From Lama glama (Eukaryota): a stretch of DNA of 64,000 bases. Under the pieces are notes generated by a model, which made no database searches, was not told where the DNA came from, and saw only the letters and a program-made list of their open reading frames with translations. The number at the start of each line of letters is the position of its first letter. Position 1 is the first letter of the stretch. A program made the translations under genes and the position numbers. Of the stretch, positions 11,891-24,385 are shown piece by piece. The stretch is taken from contig CM052816.1 of the NCBI GenBank assembly GCA_028534125.1, forward strand, positions 65,102,001 through 65,166,000, in the 5' to 3' direction.

Positions 11891-13379
11891 GATATTGTGT
11901 GAATTTTCTGTTCCCTTCACATATTTGCAATTCTTTAATATTTATTATTTTCTGTAAAACTGAAAGGGAAAAATAACTTATATTCACCAAATATCAATCA
12001 TATTTTAAACATATCCACCTATATTATCTCATTTAATTACTGATGGCCGTCCCACTTAACATCTTTAATTCTGATTATGGAAACATATATTTTCCTTGCA
12101 ATTGATTAGCAAAACTTTGATTACAAGTTCAAGTATTTAGGTGTAATGATGTGTTTATGAATAATGCACACATGTATATGTATATCAGTGTGTATTAAAT
12201 ATATTTGTATGTCTTATTTCCCCCATCTCAGAAAATAGGTGGTCAGTCAGTCCCAAGAATGATTAGAAGTTATTGTAACACAAATTACTATCTTCAAAAA
12301 GTTCCAGTCTTGGTTGGTGACGTTAGAACTTACCAGCTGAACACAGTGTAAAAATCCAAGTATCTAGGAAGAATGTCTGATGATTGAGAAATGTCAGACA
12401 GCATTGTAATAAAGAGTGTTTGGGGGAAAATGGAAACTAAACCAGAAATCAGTACCACTCCTCAGGTTATGTTCGGGTTTTGGGGAGCCCATTCAGCCTG
12501 CTTTCTTCTAGCTATTGGTATCTGTGTGTGTTTTGCCTACGTATGATTGGCTTTGCAGCCCAGAAAAGGATTATTTAAAGTGTATTTAAAAGAAGAGAAA
12601 ACTTTTCTCAATTGAAAAATTAAATGGCTGCATTTCAAGGTATCTTTCCACATTTATAAAACTCCTTGGAGTCAAGGCACAAGTGCATTAAGGCTAACAT
12701 TTTTGTGAAGGTTGATTCCAACCGGGCCTTTCCTTTGAGTTTTCTGGGATACCATATTTTATTTATTTGAGCAGCTGTGATTTGGGATGCATGATTCACT
12801 GTTGCTTTATTATTATAGCTCTCCTCTCTTGAAGTCTAATACTTTGTTTTTCTTGTCCACAACTGGGGATTAGCAAGTTAACCTCTGCTGTCACCAGATG
12901 TGACAGGGATATATAGAAAGAGATTTCTTAGCACAGTCACTTTAAAGAAGTCTTTTCATGTCAATAAAAAGCAAAGTAATAATAGCCAACCCACAGGCTA
13001 TTATTTTTTTTTTTCAAAAAATATTCACCTGCTTTGACTTTTTAAACATTATTTTAGGTTTGTATTCAAACAAGTCAAATGAACACTTAAACTATTTTAC
13101 CTTTATATACCCTATTATATTTTCTAAATTTACAATTATTAAACTGTTTTATTTTCCATCTTATCCATCTAACTGATTCATTAAAATTCCTACTTGGTAT
13201 GTTGCAAGAGAATTTTGGCAAATAGATGTTGAAAATAGAACCTCACTTAAAGTACATGATTATGGTCAAAACTTAATAGTATAAAAATAAAGTCTTGTCA
13301 AAAAGTAGTTATGCAAAAAAAAAAGTAGTTATGCCATAGAATTGTATTTTCTTGCAGTTTTAAAGCAAACATTGAAGAG

Positions 13380-13625
13380 TCAATAGCACAGAGGTTAAGA
13401 GCACGAACTCTAAAGCCAGATTACCTAGATTAGATGACCTCTTTCACTATGTGACCTTCTGCAAATTACTTAATCTCTCTGTGCCTCAGTTTCTTTATTT
13501 GTAAAATGGAAACAATAGGACCTCTCTTATAGGGTTTTTATTGTATTTAAATTAACTAATACATGTACAGTGCTTTGGACAGTGTTAGGTACCAGTTAAA
13601 TAAAAAGCAGCCTTTAGTTATTGTT
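13380..13625 (+). mobile_element. MIR SINE, near full length
   Basis: Core 'tgtgaccttctgcaaattacttaatctctctgtgcctcagtttctttatttgtaaaatgg'. Confidence 0.9.
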
Positions 13626-14429
13626 ATGAAGTAGCTCCCCATAGAATGCCATTATTAGAATTCATGAAGTAAGAAGCTGGGTTCTCAGCTTTATGGGTCT
13701 AGTGATTCACTTTTATCAGTGTTCTCTGATTTAATCAGCCCACAGTATCTAAGAGAAGGGACTGAATAAACTCATGAGTGACTAATGTAACAACCAGAAG
13801 CCCCATTTATAAAAGTGACAGAAAAATTATTTTGAAGCAATTACCAAGGTGATTTTTTTTTTCTAATACAACGTCTTTTACCTGTAATTCTATTTGCCCC
13901 TTCGATCTAGATCTTAGTCTCCATGACTCAGAGAAGGGACGTTTCAGTAGACCTCAGAGGAAAAAGAAAAGTTTATTAATAGCCTTTGAGATTTGAATTC
14001 TAAAGCCCTAGCATAAATAGTAGGCAGGCAAGAAAATTCATTCAATCAAACCCTGTTCGTCCTGGTTGCTGGATAAAGATCCTCTTGCCTTGGGGAGAAC
14101 AAAGGAGCTAGGGGAGATGGAAATGGAGTAAATGTGGGTGTTGTTCCCTGAAGAGAATTTCTCTGCTCTGCACTCTACTCCAAAGCTGAGGGGGTGGTGT
14201 TACAAGTCCATAATTACTTTGGGACTCTAGGAGCAGTGAGGACCAGTGACTTGTTTCCCAAGTGGGATTTCCTCATATGCTGGGATGGCATGAGCCCAGT
14301 TGAGTAGGGATGATGGTATAGCATGACATGATGGGGTAAATCAAGGCTACAGGAGTTTGAGTTAACCTCTTTGAGTTTCTTAGGATCCCCAGAATGGCTT
14401 GGAAAAATCTTGCTATTTTCCTCCCTCAT

Positions 14430-14951
14430 GCAAATTAAGAGTGGCCGCACATTTTTTGCTACTTCCCATTAAGATGCAGAGATTTAATTCCCTTCTCCTT
14501 GAATGCTGGCTGATCTAGTTGCTTCGATGACCAATGGGATGCAATAGAACAGAGCTTCTGTGAGTTCCAGAGCTAGGTTACAAGAAGTTTTGCAGCTTTC
14601 TCTTGGATCTCTTAGAATGTTCCCTCAGGGAAAAGTTAGCTGCATGGAAGAAGTCTGACCACCTTGCTAGAAAGCCTATCTGGAGAAGTCCTGGGACTAC
14701 CTGGATAGGCAAAGGAGCCCATCTAAGCCTTGCCTGCTTTCTCCACCCAGACAACAGCCATGTGAAAGAAAATGTCTTGGACTTCCAAAGTCTTCTTCTA
14801 GCCACCAGCCAAACACTGAGGTGAGGCAGAAGAAACCCTCAGCCCAGCCCTTGAAGATCAGACCCATATGGCAGGAACATAGCAAAATGATTATTGTTGT
14901 AAGCCACTAAGTTTTGGGTGGTTTGCTCCACCACAATAGATAATGAGTACA
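14430..14951 (+). mobile_element. MaLR LTR (MLT1G/H-like)
   Basis: Ends 'aagccactaagttttgggtggtttgctccaccacaatagataatgagtaca'. Confidence 0.8.
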
Positions 14952-16449
14952 TGTCTCTTCACATGCCCTTAGAATTGCGTAGAAGTAGGTGGATGAATTG
15001 TCTAACTTTGACGCGAAGAAGCCTTTTGGTCATAGGGGAATTTACAGGCTGATCTGTGTGGAGCTGCTTATGTGATTCGTACCTTCAAAAGACCTCACAG
15101 GGAAAGGACTATTCTATTCCTAAGTATTGACAGAAGAACCCCATTCATTTGCTCATTAGCAGGGACAAAGGTTGACCAAGAAGCAAACCTTACTATGGCC
15201 ATAATTGTGTTTTTAGAGTTATCCTGCCAGCCAGCCAGCCAGCCATCCACTCGCCACGTCTTAGATACTACACAGAGACGGAGGGAACTTTGCTTTTACT
15301 GGGAAAATCCTCACATGACGGAGAAACCCGTGATTTGACTGAAAAGATCTTGAAGTGACTAAGTTGGTTATTTATCACTAGAAAAAATAGGGTTTAAAAT
15401 AGGAATTAAGTAGTCATAGAAAAATGAAAAGCTACTTTTTTAGCACAATTGTTTGCAGCTTGTGAAGTCAATATTTGTCATATTAATTAAGTATATGAAA
15501 TAAGTACCAGTAAGCCAATTAGAATATACTCATTATCTGATTAGCTCATCTCTTCCTGGGTCCATTTATTCTTGTAGAGTGGGGACTGTTGCTTTTATTG
15601 CCATCAGAACCCTCAGGTCTGCTCCAGTGCATAGTCTGGCTGAGAAGCTAAGTTAGTCATCAGGCTATATGATCATCATGGGGTCTGAACAGTGGTAAAA
15701 GGAAGATTTCTGGTATTTAGGCCGTGATGATAGACCTGATGGACCACATCTGCCCTGCAATAGAGAACATCTCTTTAGTGATTAGAATTCTTGTGCTGAC
15801 CCCTGCCCTCCCCTGCCCCACCCAGTGTTGTTCTCTTCTGTACATAGAAAATTCTGGCTCCCTGGTTGCCTTTTATCTCCTTATGTGATCATCCCACCAG
15901 TAATGGCAAGTTTGGTCACTAGGTATTTTTATACTGTTAATTGGGTTATGCTCAAGGCTTTGTAACAATGTCTTTTAAGGCTATCTCCTCAGATAGCAGA
16001 TTTAATTCACCTTGTGTTGATTTTTCTAATTTTACTCGTATCTCACTGTTTCCTTGATGTTCTGCCTAGGAAGTTCACTCTATTCCTATCTAATCCCATA
16101 AGACTTTCAGTGCAATGCCACGTGCACTGAGCAAGAAAAATCCCAATAAATAAGAAAGGGGGAGTATGGCATATTTTTCTCTTAGGGAAGTAAAGGAAGG
16201 GAAGCTTTTAATATCTCATTATGAATTTCTACCACCTAGTAATTGAGCTATACATCACCTTGTGCAATTTACAATTCCTATGTTGAAAGAGCTGAGGGTT
16301 ACCTCTATTCATAAGTTTTGACAGGAAAAACCTGATCATTTGTTTATTAACTTATTAACTGAATATTCATTAACCCCTGATTAGAACGAAGCTCCATAGT
16401 AGATGCCATTTCACAGTCTTGTGAAAGGAGCATAAACAATACATAAAAT

Positions 16450-16604
16450 TACTTCTTTCTTTTGTATCTATATGAGATGATGGATGTTCATGAAACTTAC
16501 TGTGATAATCATTTCATGATGTATGTAAGTCACATCATTATGCTGTACACTTAAGCTTGTGTAATACTGTTTGTCAATTATATCTCAATAAAACTGGAAG
16601 AAAA
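16450..16604 (+). mobile_element. 5'-truncated L1 3' tail with 12-bp TSD
   Basis: Ends 'caattatatctcaataaaactggaagaaaa'; exact TSD aatacataaaat at 16438-16449 and 16605-16616. Confidence 0.85.
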
Positions 16605-16669
16605 AATACATAAAATGTAAGGCATATTATAAAGCACATGAAATGCTGAACATAATTAGATATGAGTGA

Positions 16670-17898
16670 AATCAAAATTGAAACCCCAGTGAAATATCAC
16701 TGTGTATCTACTACAATGGCTAAAATAAAAAAGACTGATGATACCAAGTATTGGCCAAGATGTGGATCAAGTTCAACTCTGCAAGTGTAAAAGGGCACAA
16801 CCACTTTGCAAAACTCAGCATTCCTTAAAAAGTTGAACAGACATTTATCTTATGATCTAGAAATTCTACTCCTAGACTATATTCATTATCTACATCAGAA
16901 ATTACCACAACTTATTGACTTAGAAAAACAGTAAACATTTATCATCTCAGACAGTTTCTGGGGGTCAGGAATTAGAGTGGACTTAGCTAGGCGGTTAGCC
17001 TTTGGGTCTCTCATGAAGTTTCAGTTCATGTGGTGGCCAGAATCACGGGCACCTGAAGGCTAGATGGGGCTGGAGGCTCTATGTCAAAGGTGGCATACTC
17101 ATATGGTTGACAAGTTGAGGATGGTGGTTGGCAAGTGATTTCAGTTCCTTGCCACTTGGATTCCTCCATATTGAGTGTCCTCCTGGCAGCTGGTGTCCCC
17201 CCAGAGTGAGTAACCCGACAGAGAGCAAGGTGGCAGCTTTTATGCTCTAGCCTTGAAAGCCATACTCCATACTTTTTGTAATATCTTACTGATTGCATCG
17301 AGCAGGCCCATTCAGTGTGTGGTGTGTATGTGGGGGGAGGGGTTCGACTATGCAGGAGCCTGGATACAAGGAAGCAAGGATCACTGGGTACCATCTTGGA
17401 GGCTGTCTACCACATAGGTATTTATCCCAGAGAAATAAAAACAGACATCCACAAAAACATGATACAAGAGTGTTTGTAGGAGTATATTTACAATAGTCAA
17501 ACTAGAAATAGCCCAGATGTTCATCAACAGGAGTCTGCATAAACAAACTGGTATATTCACTCAGTGGATATGACTCAGCAATGAAAAGAAACTAACTACC
17601 AATAAATGCAAAAACATTAATACATCTCAAAAAGATTATTCTAAGTAAAAGAGAAAAAAGTACATAATGTATGATCCCATTTATATGTAATCCTAGACTA
17701 GGCAAAACTCACCTAAAGTAATATAAATCAGATCAGTGGTTGCTTCTCACAGGGGTGGGAGATAGATTGACTAGGGGTGGATATAAAAAAGCTTTCTGGG
17801 TAATGAAACTCTTCTGCCAAATTTGTAAAAAGCAATTCAGCAGCACACTTATGTTCTGAAGATTTCACTGTTGAAAACTTATACCTCAATAAAAAAAA
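16670..17898 (+). mobile_element. L1MC/MD/ME-like 3' region, split by MLT1F
   Basis: 'aatggctaaaataaaaaagactgatgataccaagtattgg'; 'ctactcctag' resumes as 'gtatttatcccagagaaat'; ends 'atacctcaataaaaaaaa'. Confidence 0.8.
16878..17414 (-). mobile_element. MaLR LTR (MLT1F-like) nested in L1
   Basis: Ends 'ccatcttggaggctgtctaccaca'; 'cacctgaaggctagatggggctggagg'. Confidence 0.8.
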
Positions 17899-18696
17899 TA
17901 CAAGGTAGAATCCAAGGGTCACAGGAGAGATATAAACAAATAATATGTTATAATTGATGAGAGAAATTAATACTTACCAAGAAGGGAAATATTAACAGGG
18001 ATAGTATTAATTTTTTAATAAGACAAAACAGTAATTGTAGATAATTTTAATAATACCTTATTTTTGAATTAATAATCCCATCATTCAGAATAAATATTGA
18101 TTTATTTCTTTTTGGTCTATTTTCCAATCTTCTTTCACACATTTTTGGAAAACAAATAAGTATGTTTCATATTTGAGAGTTTATAAACTGATTATGTGTT
18201 TGTGTGGTTGGCTGGTGACTGTATAAATAGTTCTCTAGATTATTAAAAGTTCTTTTAAAGTATCATTTCCAGTTGTTATATTTCATTGCAGAACTATGAC
18301 ATGGTTTATGCAACTGTTTTGTTAGTGATGGACATTTAGGTTGTTTCTCATTAAGTAATGCAGTAGAATTATATATAAAGATTTTTCTTTAGTATTGCTT
18401 TCTAGGGGGTTAAATTATGTTGACTATCTACCACTAATGTATAAAAGGACATGTCACCATACTTTGGTTAGGTGCTAAGTATTTTGAACACTTTAGTCAT
18501 GTGTTTCTTAACCCTTGTAATTGAGAAAATAGCAGTTGAATTGAGCCTTGAAGAATGAACAGCATTTTAAATGTCAATTGGATTTCAAAAGGCAAAGATG
18601 GGGAAGGTTATTTCCACAGTGTTCATGGCATGGCAAGCAAAGCCATGCTGTGTCATACTCATGGAATTGCAAGTAGTTCAATGACAAAGCTTAGAG

Positions 18697-18862
18697 CAGT
18701 GGTTCCTAATCTTGGCTGCACGAGAGAATCACTGAAGGGTGAATTAAAAAAATCCCAGTATAGACCAGTAAACTCAGGATAGCTGGGTGTAGAACTCAGC
18801 CATCAGTTGGTCTGAAAACCTCCCAGGTGATTCCAGTGTGTAAGCAAAATTAAAAACCGCTG
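18697..18862. mobile_element. MER5A-type hAT-Charlie MITE within an L2 fragment
   Basis: TIRs 'cagtggttcctaa' / 'taaaaaccgctg'; 'ctcccaggtgattcc'; 8-bp TSD gcttagag/gtgtagag. Confidence 0.85.
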
Positions 18863-19029
18863 GTGTAGAGTGAGTTGGAATGGAATAGGATGTAAATTAG
18901 AGGTGCAACTGAAAAGATAGAGCAAGGCATCATACTCTAGGAAAAAGTGTGGACTTTCTAGGCAATTTAGCAAATGATGTTAGTGTTCTTCCTTCATCAC
19001 CTTAAAGTCCTTATCTTTCACATACACCG

Positions 19030-19671
19030 GTGTAGTATTATGCCCATCAGACCACTAGCTATCCGACTGCTTTGTGGACATGCTCCTCTCAGGCTGACCG
19101 AGCGCCTTTCCTCCCCTTGCCAGGATCAGGAAATGCCTGGGAATATTCACTCCACATCCCCAGGGCACAGTCCTTAAACTCTGGTTGATGGTGATGGGAT
19201 ATAAATAATCCAGCCTCCTCTCCTCTGATCAGGACACTGTGTCCTCTGAACAGGACAGTGTGATTAATCCTCAGGTTTCTTACCATCCAGGAGAGAATGA
19301 ACTTGTGGCAGAACTTAAACCTCCACACTGCTTCCTTCACAAAGAAATAGTCCTCCAAAAGCAACGTCAGCTGAAATAAACAGGGGGCTTAGTGAATTAG
19401 CTGCAATCCCTTTATCTCTGAACAGACCAGTAACATGAGGTTCTCAGACCCCAGGGATCTACAAACACACTTTGAGTGGCCTGACTTCCACCGTCTCCAG
19501 GGGACCCTACCTTAATGAGTCGCCATCTGTGGATATGCTTTGATCTTGCAGTCTTGCCTGGTTTCCTTTTCCCTCTTTCTCTTCCTGCTCCTTGTTTTTT
19601 CTGGGAACTTGCTACTAAGCGCCTCTCATACGACTCAGTCAGCATCTGCCTCCAGGGAGCTTGATTAAGAT
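19030..19671 (+). mobile_element. ERVL LTR (LTR16-like)
   Basis: 'gcctgggaatattcactcc', 'ggatataaataatccagcctcctc', end 'catctgcctccagggagcttgattaaga'. Confidence 0.5.
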
Positions 19672-19984
19672 GGCAATGAGGACTCTATTGGAAGGTAGAA
19701 CCTGTGCTTTAGGAAGATCATTCTGCAGGATGGTTTAGAAAATGGATGAATGTAGGTAGGCAGGGAGATTGAAGACTATCACAATGTCCCATCAACCGGG
19801 GGACTCAGGAGTCATCCTCCTTCATGACTTATATTTTATAAAGTATCATTTCCTTGCCATTTCCTGAGCCCCTGCTTTAGTTTATACTCTCATTATTTTT
19901 GAGGTGTAGAATCACTAGTCTGACTTTGTGACGTAAACTCAAGGACCATCTTGGTGTATCAATGGAGATGGACTAGAAATGGTA

Positions 19985-20080
19985 CGAAGCTCTCTGGCCC
20001 TCAGTTTTCTCACCTTTTGGATGAAGAAGAAGAATTAAATTATTCCCAAGGCCCCTTCCAGTTGTAAAATGTTACATTCA
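19985..20080 (+). mobile_element. MIR3-like 3' fragment
   Basis: 'ctctctggccctcagttttctcacc...aaggccccttccagttgtaaaat'. Confidence 0.55.
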
Positions 20081-20969
20081 ACAGGAGCTGCTAGATTATG
20101 TCAGTGAAAGAAGCGCGAAACAGATTATTGCTGCAGCAATTGTCACTTCTCAAAACAAACTGACAAAAATCATACAATTATTGTAAGAACAGTTCTCCGG
20201 GAAGCTAACCTTTGCCCATTTTTCTTAATGATATGTTTAATGCCTTTAACTTTGCTTTGGAAATGGGTAACCATCTAATTGAGTTGATAAGGTCAGCATG
20301 CAGGAGGTTTGGAAAGAGATTGGATATTTGTGAGTGTGTAGATTAGCCTCGACATGCTTTTTGTCATGGTTGTTTTACTTCAATGATTGTCTAGAAATAA
20401 TAAGCCTTTTGTATATGCTATTTTACTAATGCTCTGCCATTTATGCATTATTCTAAGGTAATTTGAAAATAGAAAATATAATTATTTGAGGGTGCCTTTG
20501 GAAGAGGTGGATATATTTATACAATTAAATGGTAATTTAATAACACAATATTCCTCAAAACAGAGCTCACCCTATATATAGTTCTTAGGGAGGGTTTGTA
20601 AGGCTGGATGAGGTGAGTTTTATTTTCCTCTGTTTTCAAGGAGAGTATAAATTCAACTGAGAGTGATTTTCTGGATCAAGAAAGGTGATTTAGCAATGTG
20701 CAAATGATTTCTGCTCATCAGTTTATCACACCTTGTCCCCAGACAACCCTGAAGTGTACTTAAATACTCCCTAGATTCATTTGTGTTCTTCACCCTACGT
20801 AGGCAGAAAGCTGAACTTCACAGTTATATCACACAGACACGCCATTAGAAATGATCTTAATTCTAATTCCCTTTTGGGCGCCTGTGTTTTTGAATCCTCA
20901 AGGAATACTTTTAAAATGATAAAACATGGTGAATTAGAATATGTTTGTAGCATTTTCTTAATGTGTTCT

Positions 20970-22001
20970 TTTTTTCCCTCTTTGAGTGACGTGTAATGCA
21001 CAGATAGGAAAGTATGTAACCCTTAAGTGTACAATCCAATGGATTTGTATATGTTTATACACTCAAGTAGCTACTGCCTGGCCTGACTAAGACATAAAGC
21101 AAGATTAAAAAAAAAAACAAATCCCTCTTGTTTCTTTCCAGTTAATTTTCCTCCATTCAGAGGGTAACACTGTTGTTGAACCCAAGTTTTTGTGCCCGTT
21201 GCATAGAGAGGCCAAACAAACCAAAACGTTGGAGTTTGGAGTAGAGAAGGGCTTATTGCAAGGGCCAAATTAAGAGAATGGGCAGCTCATGCTCAAAAAG
21301 CCCAAACTCCCCACTGGGTTTCAGGGAAAAGTTTCTAAGGCAAATCTGGGAAGAGAGCTGCAGTGTCGGACTTTCTTATGATTGGTTAGTGGTGAGGTAA
21401 CAGGGTGGAGTGCAGGAATCTCAATCTTCTGGTTCCAATCAGTCTGGGGACCAAGTGCTTGTGCTCAGCCTGCAGTTTCCATCTTCCACCTGGGTGGGGA
21501 GCCTTCGTTCTGGCAGAATAAGTCAGATATGTATCAGATTATTATGTATATCCCTTGAGGAGGAACTGAGATCCTGCCCCATGGCTACACTATTTTTTCT
21601 TGACTGCCTCTCCTTTGTTTCTGCATTCCCCCACTCTTCTAATTAGTAACTGTTTAGATCTATCCTTTGGAACTCAGGGAAGGTCTAGGAGACAAGCCTT
21701 TTCCCTACAAACAAGAAACAAGGGATGAGGAAAGGCTCTCATACCCAGAGGGCCCCATGGGGTCCTACTTGGTTTCACCACCATTTTCTTTCCTTTTTTT
21801 TTTTTTTCCCACCACCATTTTCTTACCATAGTTTGATCTTTTATTGCTGTGTATTAGTCTCTTGTATGGATATTTTGTTCTTCTCTTGATGTGTCTTTAT
21901 TTTCATTTTTCAGTTACTATGAATGTCTGCTGTGATTTTTGATGGACATATGTACTCATTCCTTTTTTGGTAGATATAATTGGAATTAGGATTGCACGTT
22001 C
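20970..22001 (-). mobile_element. Old L1 (L1MC/ME-like) 3' region, split by an ERV1 LTR and truncated by the gap
   Basis: 'cttaagtgtacaatccaatggattt', 'ttactatgaatgtctgctgtg', 'ggaattaggattgc'. Confidence 0.65.
21171..21777 (-). mobile_element. ERV1-class solo LTR (artiodactyl-type), 607 bp
   Basis: TG...CA termini, 4-bp TSD acac/ccac, 'gaggccaaacaaaccaaaacgttggagtttggag', 'tttggaactcagggaaggtctagg'; poly(A)-signal-like 'ttatt' near the left end suggests minus orientation. Confidence 0.85.
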
Positions 22002-22501
22002 NNNNNNNNNNNNNNNNNNNNNNNNNNNNNNNNNNNNNNNNNNNNNNNNNNNNNNNNNNNNNNNNNNNNNNNNNNNNNNNNNNNNNNNNNNNNNNNNNNN
22101 NNNNNNNNNNNNNNNNNNNNNNNNNNNNNNNNNNNNNNNNNNNNNNNNNNNNNNNNNNNNNNNNNNNNNNNNNNNNNNNNNNNNNNNNNNNNNNNNNNNN
22201 NNNNNNNNNNNNNNNNNNNNNNNNNNNNNNNNNNNNNNNNNNNNNNNNNNNNNNNNNNNNNNNNNNNNNNNNNNNNNNNNNNNNNNNNNNNNNNNNNNNN
22301 NNNNNNNNNNNNNNNNNNNNNNNNNNNNNNNNNNNNNNNNNNNNNNNNNNNNNNNNNNNNNNNNNNNNNNNNNNNNNNNNNNNNNNNNNNNNNNNNNNNN
22401 NNNNNNNNNNNNNNNNNNNNNNNNNNNNNNNNNNNNNNNNNNNNNNNNNNNNNNNNNNNNNNNNNNNNNNNNNNNNNNNNNNNNNNNNNNNNNNNNNNNN
22501 N
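22002..22501. other. Assembly gap, exactly 500 N
   Basis: Direct count. Confidence 1.
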
Positions 22502-22591
22502 CTCTGAGAGGCTGTCATCCCGTCTCCAGTCCTCCTGCCAGATAAAACATAACTGTCAACTTTTAGGCTGTGCATTTATTTCAGTCGACAC
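22502..22591 (+). mobile_element. 3' end of an ERV LTR emerging from the gap
   Basis: 'ataaaacataactgtcaacttttaggctgtgcatttatttcagtcgaca' is an artiodactyl LTR-type terminus ending in CA. Confidence 0.7.
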
Positions 22592-24089
22592 AATTCATGC
22601 TGAGGGCAGTTTTAAGATTTTGAGCTGTTAGGCATTTTCTTTTGTTTTGAGTATATTTTACCTTATAGCTGCAAAGGCAAGAAAGTAATTACTTACACGT
22701 ACGTAATTTAGTTACTTAGCAAGGTTTCTGATCATGTTATGGTAGTTTTTATTAAATTCTTAAGTAAGGTAATTAGTGCAGTAAAGTTCCCAACTTAAAG
22801 CAAATACTTTATTAGTTTCAAGATAATTAAAAACACAACCAGTTTATGCCTACAATCATAGTCTCTCTCTTTCTCAATTTCTCCCTCTTTCTCCCTCTCC
22901 CTCCTTCTCGCTCGCTCATCTGCCAGTATGTGTGCAGTAACCTCTAAATATATCCTGGGAAATAAATGCTACACCCAAACTGCATTGTAGGGAAAAAAGA
23001 AATCTTGCACTAGAAGCATGTTGAGGAAATTACCTTGAAATAATGGTGACATTACCATCCCAGGCTGTTCCTCTACTTTATGTAATGCCAAACAACAGTA
23101 GGCCATTGCTTGGTTGAAATGTTGACAGAATTCTAGTGTTTTTGTTTTTAAGGGGAGTGCCAAAATTGTCAACAGGAATCTTTCCCCAAATCCCCATTGT
23201 TACCCGGAGATAAAACAATGCTATGGCAATGTTGTTAATGTTTCAACAGGATGATTATCTTTGGTTATCCCTGGGAAGTGGGAGGCTACAGATCATTAGG
23301 AATTTCCTTATTAGTTCTTTAAATTATAAAGGTTCTAGTGTAGCAGAGGGCGCAGACCAGTTGTCCAGGTCACGAACACTAATTAAGAAAAATCCTTTGC
23401 TTTGGGGGAAGCAGGCTTTCTAACAGTTCCTGGCAGCATTCTCTGACTCTCGATGGAGGTTGCCAGCACAGATTTCTCTTCCAGGTAGTCAGTGAAAATA
23501 AGAGTCCAAACAGCCTGGGTTTATATCAGTGGATGGAAAGGGGAGGAGCTCAGAAATTGGTTTTAATTTATAAACCTCAAGTTGCCTTTTCCTTCACCAT
23601 TTTGTGCTCATCATTGGCTTCCTGTGAAGTGCGCTTCCTGCAGACACCATCTGTCCTTGTTGGCACTTTCTGCCCTTGTTGGTACCGGCTGCGGGCTGGA
23701 TAGTGTCCTGTCAGGTGGAGGATACTGGTTCTGAAAGGGAACTGTTGCTAGTTCTTGGGCTGCACTTTGATGCGCTAATGATGGTGGACAATGACTCTCT
23801 GTCCCCTACATTAGATCCCTCCTGTTGCTGCATGCTAGTATGCTACGGGGCAAGGGAGTGTGAGGCTGGGTGTTGGAGGAAACCACTCAGAATGGGGCAG
23901 GACCGGAAGAATGAAACGAGCTGTTGCTTGGTTGGAGCTTGGGGCCATTTTCTGCCTCATCCATGATTTCTGTGCCCTCCAAGGGACAGCCACTGTCCTG
24001 CTGTTCTCTTCTGCTCTTCAAGGGGCCCTGCACCCAGAGACTGGCTGTGGTAATGATGTATAAGTCTATGACTACATTGTTACCTTTCG

Positions 24090-24385
24090 CTCTGGCTCAG
24101 TAAGCCCCAGCTCCCCTGAGTGCGCTTCAAAAACACCAGGGCACTGCCAGACACAAAGCTCACTCCCACGCTTCCCTCAGGATTTTATTCAAATATCATC
24201 TTTTCGGAAAATCTCTTCCTGGCCATTCTGTCTAAAATTGCAATTGCTACACGTGTTTTGGTTTTTGTCTTTGCACTTCACCATCTCGCATCTTTTGTAT
24301 TTTGCTCATTAAGTATTTAATTTATTTGTATGTTACTTGTATATTAATTTATTATCTATCTTCTGCCTCTAGAATTTAAATTGGG
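24090..24385 (+). mobile_element. L2 3' fragment
   Basis: 'ttcaaatatcatcttttcggaaaatctcttcctggccattctgtctaaaattgc', 'ctgcctctagaatttaa'. Confidence 0.65.

Noticed and set aside
21910..22575. Longest ORFs in the track (175-221 aa)
   Set aside because: Artefacts of translating through the 500-N gap
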